From Perkinsela sp. CCAP 1560/9 (lineage: Eukaryota; Protista; Euglenozoa: Kinetoplastea), in contig CBFFSA010000001.1 of the NCBI GenBank assembly GCA_965644495.1, positions 1,488,001 to 1,552,000 on the forward strand: DNA of 64,000 nt, written 5' to 3'. The position numbers were made by a program, and so were the translations under genes. Below, piece by piece: positions 55,530 through 64,000 of the stretch. The stretch's first letter is position 1, and every line of letters begins with the position of its first letter. The notes under the pieces were generated by a model, which was not told where the DNA came from, did not search any database, and worked only from the letters and a program-made list of their open reading frames with translations.

Positions 55530-57299
55530 ATTATTTACTTTTTTTTACCTTTCATGGGAGTGTTCACACGCTCCCAAGCAAAAGAATCAGGAGTAGTCCT
55601 GAGATTTTGCCGCTCCCTCCTGCCCGCCGGAAAAAGAAGGCCGTGATGCCAACTCCTCCTCCGCCCGCCGTGCCAATATCCACCACCTCCGCATGGAGCG
55701 CACGGGTCGCCAAAAAATATTATTATGTCCCAGGGCTACGCTCACAGTTGGCCCTTCGCAAAAAATTGATAAAATACGAAAAATTGAAAAAGTCAAAAAC
55801 ACCTTCGATGAGTACTCATCGAAAGTCTACAACTTTCCGTGAGACTCATCGAAAGTCTACAACTTACGATGAGTACTCATCGAAGGTCCCCCCTAGCCGA
55901 TTACATCAATCCCTATCTTTTCCGATATTCCATAATGATGCGATTGGGGATATCACTCCCGAAAGCCTCAGGGATTTGCCATTGTCCGGGATGCGGGTCA
56001 CAGCAAGAAGGAAACGGCCTTCTTCATCATGTTGCGGGCTGCGCACAATGTTCAGGTATGAACACCACGAAGAAACACACACACCTGATCCGTTTGCTTT
56101 CAGATTTATGCACCAAGGCTGGGCTCCCTCACGTGGTCGAACCTCGAGTACATGCTTCATTCAATTGCACAAAGTGCAAGGCAAGTATTTCTGCAGATGC
56201 AGCTGAACGACATGCGTGTAGAGCGCGTCGGATACGTTCTGGTCCTGACTTGGGAATAATGTGGCCTCACCAGGGAGAGATATTGTATGACGTAACTGTT
56301 GTACATACTTGTACGGTGTCAAATGCAAAGTTCACCCCTGAACAACTAATGGAAAACGCACTGGCCAGGAAAAATAAAAAGTATGTAGAACAGAATGGTT
56401 TGGAACCAGAGGCGTTCAAATGCTTAGCGGTGACTGATTGTGGGCTTCTCCATGAAGACACTAAAAGACTCATCTCTGTTTTAGCAGCACGGGCACACCT
56501 CAATCCTAAAGACACACGCGATGCCTTCCGACTAGCAGTTGAAAAATTCAATGCATACACAGTTGTATGCCAACTAAGAGACGTGATCCCACACTGCAAC
56601 TGGATAGGCGGACTAAGTAACTAATCTTTCCTTAAACGGTTTTATTAACACAACTAATCTTTCCCAGTAAACGCAAACTGAGCACTTTACTTTACTTTAT
56701 GGTTATTTTCCTGAAGGACAAATATCACAATGACAAAAATGTAAACTTGTGTTAGTAATTATACTCGGAAAGTCAGGTAATCGTTCAGACGAAATATATG
56801 ATTTTATTTTATTGAACATTAGAAACAATTTCCATAAGTTAAAACTTTTTGCAAAAGTTAATAAAGCTTTTACTTTACTTTGCAACTCGAAAATTTTGGA
56901 TCACCACCCTTCCCTTTACATAATTAGAAAAAAAAATTAGCAAAATCAAAATTTTCGAATAATCGCCCCTTTGCACAAATGATAGCGAATATATCTAAAT
57001 ATAGTTACCTTCGTCAAAAAAAAAAAGATATTTTATTTATAAAAGGATTTTCTGCACAGAAGGATTGTTATTCCAGGTTGAAAAGTGATATTCAAAAAGT
57101 GTATCTTACAAAAAACGATGGTAAAAAAAAAAAAAACATGTAACTGACCAATTGAGTGAGCGAGAAAAGTATAGGACCGAGTGTTGCCGCTCCTGTTTCC
57201 CGTTTGGCCCACTGTTTCTTCTGGAGGATCGATTAACATTTCTTCTGGAGGTTCGATCGCCAAGGTGGGTATTGCTCGATGATTTGACGTTTCCGCTTC

Positions 57300-57889
57300 G
57301 GGGTGTTCGTGGGGAACTCTCGCGTCGCGTCCCAGCATGCGTGTTGTTTCGAGCCCCGCCACTGCATGCGGATCTAGAAACGACCCTAGGTAGGCCCGCA
57401 GGGACGATTCCGATACATGACGAGTGAGATGTTGAATTTCCCTGGCACTTATCCCCGATGCAGCGAGGTGCTGAAGGGAGCCTCGTCTTATCGAATACAA
57501 CGTATGGTGTTCCTTGAGCAATGGGTGGTAATTGTCGACCGGAATTTGCCGTATCTGTTGGTCGATGCGACGAAGATCTATCGGGAATAAATTTTCGGAT
57601 GCATTTTGCCGGCTGTTCCAAACATGATTCTCGATCAATTTCCTCCAAAATCCCGGTACGAACATTCTCACACACCGAGGAGATAGCCTTTCTTGAGTAT
57701 TCGTGTTTTTGCAGTGCTGATACATCCATAGGTTGACTTGCAATTCGTTGTTTATCGTACTCATGGCCACATCTTTCACTTTCTGACGCATTAAATCTCC
57801 CGGGCGTTGACCCGAGAGCCAATAGATTGCTAGAAAGGATTTTCTCTTCGGTGAATAGCGCCGAACTTCCAATGAGGTTTTTTATATGG
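57300..57889 (-). pseudogene. Tyrosine recombinase catalytic-domain fragment
   Basis: SGQRPGD (R), CKN (K), YSIRRG, LTRH, RAYL; cut off at its 5' side by element C. Confidence 0.85.
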
Positions 57890-58970
57890 GAAATCCACGG
57901 CGAGGGCTCACAGCAGCATCAAGTAAAGTTAAAATGATATAAAAATAGATATACTCATCAAGAAATAAGACTCTGAAAATAGTTCGCATTACTCAGCCCT
58001 GAAATATGAGTTCACCTAAATCTTTCCAAAATGAATGAAAAAAGGCCTTGCGCGCTATAACGTAAATATTAAATACTAGTAGTACGAAGTGAAGGGGCTC
58101 AGCCACCCACACCCCGCAGCCGAGGCTGGGGGTTGGTGGGTGGGCCTCGAAACTCGTGTACAGCTACAAAAAGGAAATAAAGTCTACTAAATATGTTGAT
58201 GTTTGAAAGTCATAAACTGAAGAATATGAGAAAGAAGAAACTAATAATACATGTGCCCCGAAGGGCCATATCATAAGTTCATATATTTATGTGCCCCGAA
58301 GGGCCAGGTTATTAAACGTAAATAGCCCTCGCCTAAATTTCATCTCGTAAACTATTAGAAATCCACGGCGAGGGCTCACAGCAGCATCAAGTAAAGTTAA
58401 AATGATATAAAAATAGATATACTCATCAAGAAATAAGACTCTGAAAATAGTTCGCATTACTCAGCCCTGAAATATGAGTTCACCTAAATATTTCCAAAAT
58501 GAATGAAAAAAGGCCTTGCGCGCTATAACGTAAATATTAAATACTAGTAGTACGAAGTGAAGGGGCTCAGCCCCCCACACCCCGCAGCCTCCGAACCCGC
58601 TCACACGTATCATACCCGGTCGCTCGTATCAAAGATCAAACAAACGTGTCCTGCGAAAGTACAAAATGGGGATGACCAGTCCCACACCTTATAATTTCGA
58701 GCACATCACGAACAACCGAAGGAGCACAAGTTACACTTTAATGGAGCTAAAAAAACTCCTCGAAACTCGTGTACAGCTACAAAAAGGAAATAAAGTCTAC
58801 TAAATATGTTGATGTTTGAAAGTCATAAACTGAAGAATATGAGAAAGAAGAAACTAATAATACATGTGCCCCGAAGGGCCATATCATAAGTTCATATATT
58901 TATGTGCCCCGAAGGGCCAGGTTATTAAACGTAAATAGCCCTCGCCTAAATTTCATCTCGTAAACTATTA
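57890..58970 (-). mobile_element. Non-autonomous YR element C (A1-short core-B1-A2-B2, ~1.08 kb)
   Basis: A1 58970-58777, B1 ~58590-58358, A2 from 58357, B2 to 57890; starts taatag and ends gtggatttc, paralleling element B. Confidence 0.85.
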
Positions 58971-59101
58971 GTCAAGCCTAAGGGATTCGCTCTCTGCGCC
59001 GGACATGCTCTGCGATACATAGCTCCCTTTAAGGCTTCTATTTTTGATTTTCGAAGGACCAGCCCCCGGAGGGCGTACTCGTTTTCTAGATGACAAAGGT
59101 A

Positions 59102-62100
59102 TTTCTGTACCTTGTTGTATTATTATTATTATTTTATTATGTCAGTTCCTTCCTCGCGGGCGGCGCAACGTACGCCGTCGGAGAATCGGCAGACCACTGC
59201 AACTGTTAGGAGCACTGGCGTACAGGAGAACAACTTGAACTTCACCGAAGAAGCGAATAGACATGAGATTGGTTCATGGGACCAGTTCAAAGCCAACGAC
59301 AAACTCATTCAAGCAACCAGCAACTACGACGAACTCAAGTACACGACCTCCATTCCACAACATATACCCCAGCACTGGGCAGAGAAATCAGAGAAAGCCG
59401 CTCTCAGCATCGAGAAAAATCCAACCGCAGATACCGGCCAACACAAAGAGTACGGCGAAGAGGCTACTTTCGCGAGTGTTCAAAGAAACAAAAGCTCAGA
59501 TTAAGCTCTATCAGACCCCTCCGCATTTAAAATAAAAATCAGAAAAGAAAATACCACACATAAAAACAAAAAGCAAACTCCAAAGAAAGTCAAAGTTATA
59601 CTTCGCACTACCAACTCACCAGCTCATCAGCAAGCGAAGCATGCAGAAGCAGACATGTCACAGGACGAGCAAGACTCAAGTGACTCATGCACAAGTGGAC
59701 CAGACATTTCGGACGACGACATGCTGACTTTGACCGATCTCGCAGCAAGCACATTAAAGACCCCCGATCAGGTCGTGAAAATTATAAGCCAATGGGGAAA
59801 AGGATCTACCTGCGAAGTGCATTGGAAATTCAGACACTGCGATGAAGTCTTTCACTCTATCGGAGATGTTGTGTCACGCCATTCCCGGAAAGGCACAGTT
59901 AGGGTGAAGATATCCTACACACCGAAAAATGGTTCAAGTCCATCAGGATTTCTCTACCTACCCGCATCACACAAGATAAATATTTTTCGACTACGCGCAA
60001 TAAAACTAAATCGTATCGCTACGCAATCGACACAGTTAGATCTGGGCGAAGTACAAGATTATGACGCAGGCGGCGACCTAGAACCACTCCCCTCCTTCAC
60101 CGACATAGACCCGACATTCGCATCCCACGTCGTAGCAATCTTTAGAGAGATCTTACGAGGATATCCCGCGCTGCATCTCGCATCAGAAAAAACCTCTGTC
60201 TGGCACAAATTTCTTAACGCACCACGTGATTCACTCGCTACTGTACGGCAAGCGATCCAGCGAAAGTACAGCAACCCGAAAACCAGATCAACACGCAAGG
60301 ACGAGTTCCTCACCACACAAGATGAGAAAATAGAACGTGAGGCCGACCAACGCTCAATACGTTCCGCGCTACGGACAGCTAGAGCTGGAAACTTGAGCAA
60401 AGCCACCCGCATCCTCGACAACATATATCTAGACACGAATCTCAGCATTGACGAAAAGGTAGCAAAGCTTAAGGATCTACACCCGGAGGGAGAACGTCCT
60501 AGTCTCACGTCAGCCCAATATCCACGAACCGGGATTATCGAAAAACACGAACTCCGAGCAGCAATTGAAAAGTTGGCCCCGGGAGCCTCCCCAGGCCCAA
60601 CAGGTTTGAGCGAGGCTATGTTGCGTCTACTAGCAGATGACGAAGAATCTAGCACGGCTCTGTGTCATATGCTGCGAGACATGGTAAACGGAGACATCGC
60701 ACCGTCGGTACGCGAAAGATTGACTCGATGCCGGCTCATGGCAATCAACAAACCAGAAAACGGAATAAGACCAATCGCAATCGGAGAAACTCTGCTAAAG
60801 ATATGTGGGTCTATTCTATTAAACCGAAACGAAGAAAAACTCAAGAAATTCTTTGAGCCGGAGCAACGAGGAATTCTGCAAAAGAACGCCTGCGAAGGTA
60901 TTGTCCACGAACTCATCGATGAATACGACAAGGGGCACGCCATTCTAACAGTTGACTACAAAAGCGCATACAACACCCCTTCCCGTCAAGCAATATCTGA
61001 GGCACTAACTCACAACAACATCTTTAAACCATTTATGCGCATCTTCAATTTGGAATACGGAGAGCCTTCTGACCTACTTTTCTTCACCAACAACACACTC
61101 CATACAATAGTAAAAAGTTCCTCCGGAGTTCGGCAAGGCTCTGCCCTCTCGTCTCTATATTTTTGCGCACTCATTCAAAACTCACTCAAAGAAATCGCGG
61201 AATCGTTCCCAGACGTTACAGTGCGCGCTTACATGGACGACATAACGCTATCATCAACTAATCCCATATCCCTCCAAACGGCTTTCCTTCATTTACACGA
61301 GTCTTCAAAACTACTCGGTCTACATGTGAATTACAGCAAATGTGAATGGTTTCAGAAAGTGGATACCCCCTGTGCTCCTCAAATCCTGCAAACCATGGGA
61401 GTGGGACATCCTCAGACAGCAGTAAAAATCTTAGGCGCATACATCGGTCAGGATAGAATGGTAAATGAATGCTTATTAAAGAAGTTCGACAAACATAAGT
61501 GCCTCTTCCGTCGCTTACGACTAATGGGACCAAGCAACCTCTCCTTAGCAATTCTGAATCGCTGCACGATCCCCCGTCAGGACTACCATCTACTACTAGG
61601 GCGGAGGTGGCGGAGTGGCAAGAATTCAAAGTTTGAAGCACATGGTGCTCAGACGGCGAGTTCAAACCCGCTCATCGCAATATCCCCGGCGGCCTCACTC
61701 TAAGAGAATGGGCTGAGAACCGACTAGGCCCAGTACTCGGAGGACCGTCCCGGACCCTCCCCTCAGGGAACCAGCTCCCTTACCCGGCTTACACCTCTTG
61801 GGTGAGCCGTGTTGACGTACAGTCCGTCGACGCAACGTGTTGGCAACAGCACGTTGGTGCCGCCTTGGACAAGCGGAAACTGGTAGAGGACGTCGGCCTC
61901 GGAACTTCCAAATCTGTCTGTGAAGGGTCTGGCTTGCCAGTGACCATCCGGAGCAATCCGGAATGATTTGGATTTGGATTTGGACTACCATCTACGAGTC
62001 CACAAACCTGACGCCACTCTCGAACTAGCACAACGCTTTGATGCAGAGGTTACGAGTATCATTGAACTTTGGTTTAATTCGACGGGCCCATCTACAACTC

Positions 62101-63144
62101 TAACAACTCTACCACAGTATCTTGGGGGACTCGGGCTCACGCCGTCATGCTTGAAACAAAAGCACTTTTTCCTTGCCTCTCGCAAGGCCATTGAAGAGCA
62201 ATCAAAATCCTACAACGCTCCGGTGGTCACTGCGGGATCCAAGCGAATCAGAACCAAAAGCGAACACGCCAACCTGACAAACGATACATCCAAGCGAATG
62301 GCCATGAAAGCGATCCGAGCCGAGCAAAAACGCACTGCGACCGAGCTCAAAAAGGATAAACGCCTCAGCGAACTGATGGAACGAGGATCATCATCTTTTC
62401 AACATCTACATTCAACCAGCAATTACATAAATCCATATCTCTTCCGATTTTGTATAATGATGCGCCTAGGAATCGTGCCCAACAATATGCCAAAAACAGT
62501 CGTGTGCCCAGGATGCCTGTCAGAACATACGTCCGACACGATATTTCAACATATACCTGGATGCACGCAATGCTGTGGAATCAATGCGACAAAGAAACAC
62601 ACAAGATTAGTTCGTTTCTTAGGAGAACTGTGTGCCAAAGCAGGGTTAGCTCACGTTGTAGAGCCAAGTACATTCATCATTCTTCTGCACTAAATGTAAG
62701 GCAACAGTCTCTGACGAGCTCTCCGAAAATCACCCATGCAGAGCCAGGCGCATACGCTCCGGTCCCGACCTAGGCATTATGTGGTCTCATGCAGGAGAAA
62801 TTCTCTACGACGTCACCGTTGTTCACAGTTGTGCCCCTAGCTACACCAAGTCCTCCACAGAACAGTTAATGCAGAATGCTCTTGACCGTAAACACAAGAA
62901 ATACGTCCTGCAAGGAGGAATTCCAGAAGAAAGTTTCAGCTGCCTGGCAATGACCGAATTAGGGCAGCTACACAAAAACACGAAAACCCTTTTGTCTCTA
63001 TTGGCCCAACGATCACAACAAGACGTTAAAGTCGTGAAAGAAGCCTTCCAGCTCGAGATTGAGAAGATGAATGCATATACCATTGCAACGCAACTTCGAA
63101 AGTACGTTCCATCAGCACAATGGCTTGGCGGACTAAATCATTGA
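59102..63144 (+). mobile_element. Near-complete subfamily I CRE element with SL remnant and LsmAD-like N-terminus; one in-frame TAA (59502), a SINE insertion and a frameshift at ~62667
   Basis: tttctgtaccttgttg at 59102-59117; ATG 59139 is in frame with ORF 59655; QDYHL|RVHKP rejoins across the SINE; RLE runs to 63144. Confidence 0.9.
61594..61981 (+). mobile_element. tRNA-derived SINE, ~390 bp
   Basis: TSD ggactaccatctac at 61580-61593 and 61982-61995; A box TGGCGGAGTGG at 61608-61618; B box GAGTTCAAACC at 61658-61668; (GATTTG)n tail. Confidence 0.88.
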
Positions 63145-63510
63145 TCGACTCTAGTACCACATACATATATATATATATATATCAGTCCGCAAGTGGTCGC
63201 AGCAATGCTCTACTTGTTATTATTATTCTCATTTTATCCTAACACAAAGCTCGCTGCGACAACACTACCCACGCGACTCCATCCACTTTTCCTTCTCGTA
63301 CCGCCTCTCTTCAACCCTGATTTCAACTCCTGATTGAAAATATGCTTTGCGAATTCCTCAAATTAAATTAAATATAATTTCATTAAAATTTTTACCTATT
63401 GAAAATTACAATGCATTAGGAACAATCATACACATGCCCATTTGACTAATCAAATAAATTGATTGATCTCACAGTAGTCAACGAACTTGAATTTGAGATT
63501 TTGATTCACT

Positions 63511-63792
63511 TTTTATAAAGAACACACTTTTTATAAAGAACACACTTTTATAAAGAACACACTTTTTATAAAGTAAGATCAACCTTTTTGTAAGATCAAC
63601 CTTTTTGTATGAGTACTCATCGAAGGTGTTTTTGACCATTGCTAGATGTGACTTTACTTTTATTAAGACCTTTACTTTTATTAAGACCTTTACTTTTATT
63701 AAGACCTTTACTTTTATTAAGACCTTTACTTTTATTAAGACCTTTACTTTTATTAGGACCTTTACTTTTATTAAGACCTTTACTTTTATTAA
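63511..63792 (+). repeat. Two related 18-bp minisatellites (ttttataaagaacacact; ttttattaagacctttac, ~7 copies)
   Basis: Direct inspection; the first type also occurs at ~8170, ~15960 and ~47127, and a variant of the second at ~17663. Confidence 0.9.
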
Positions 63793-63860
63793 TGGAGTAA
63801 TCTTCTAGCACGAGAGCGGTTGGCTCAATCATATAAGAAGACACCGGACTTTAGACAGAC

Positions 63861-63977
63861 ATTACCCTAGTTATTTGATGCCTTGTTTTATTGGCATTGG
63901 GCAAATCCATCTATAGGAAAGGTGTAATGCCCTAGTTCTTTAGCATCTTGCTATTTTGATGCCGGGTACCTCCTTTC
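63861..63977. other. Two more copies of the CCCTAG structured motif
   Basis: Stems atgcc/ggcat and gcatc/gatgc, same geometry as 50732-50930. Confidence 0.8.
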
Positions 63978-64000
63978 GTAAGCTTTCTAGTTCGCTTACA

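Larger units (their letters stand above)
54010..55898. mobile_element. TIR DNA transposon copy, 9-bp TSD, with two SL-headed inserts
   Basis: TSD gattacatc at 54001-54009 and 55899-55907; same TIRs as 30655-33088. Confidence 0.95.
51295..56624 (+). pseudogene. Decayed subfamily I CRE element (two in-frame stops, two insertions)
   Basis: Collinear ORFs 51295, 52570, 52900, 53509 and 55908-56624; TAA at 52876 and TGA at 53503; STNDYI|NPYLFRY rejoins across the TIR element. Confidence 0.9.

Noticed and set aside
61601-61680. Functional tRNA gene
   Set aside because: The acceptor, D and anticodon arms are degenerate, and it is the head of a TSD-flanked insertion.

Overview
This is a 64-kb block made almost entirely of nested eukaryotic transposable elements, with no recognisable host genes. 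A 39-nt spliced-leader (SL)-like sequence with the CAGTTTCTGTAC...TTG core in the kinetoplastid register points to a euglenozoan (kinetoplastid or diplonemid) host. The window contains: (1) two subfamilies of CRE/SLACS-clade non-LTR retrotransposons (RT + Cys/His knuckles + PD-D-K restriction-like endonuclease), including two intact ORFs of 1161 and 1275 aa and several copies that can be rejoined in frame after removing nested insertions; (2) two VIPER/TATE-like tyrosine-recombinase (YR) retrotransposons (gag-YR-RT/RNaseH), one inside the other, plus a non-autonomous YR relative; (3) non-autonomous TIR DNA transposons (GGGTA...TAGCC termini, 8-9 bp TSDs, 20-bp palindromes); (4) a tRNA-derived SINE; (5) a recent ~7.8-kb tandem duplication. 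The most interesting signals are these. The retroelements and two short non-coding elements carry the SL as their own 5' end, in two cases demonstrably inside a TSD at a non-SL target. A bulged hairpin with a compensatory base change marks the exact end-to-end junction of two YR families. A five-copy structured motif (CCCTAG-N7-5bp stem-TTG loop) shows perfect covariation. One retrotransposon has an Ataxin-2/Pbp1 LsmAD-like domain at its N-terminus. A Tudor/SH3-like module appears shared by CRE ORFs and YR Gags, and both YR elements show readthrough and/or -1 frameshift expression signals. All family assignments are by motif recognition only; no database search was run.
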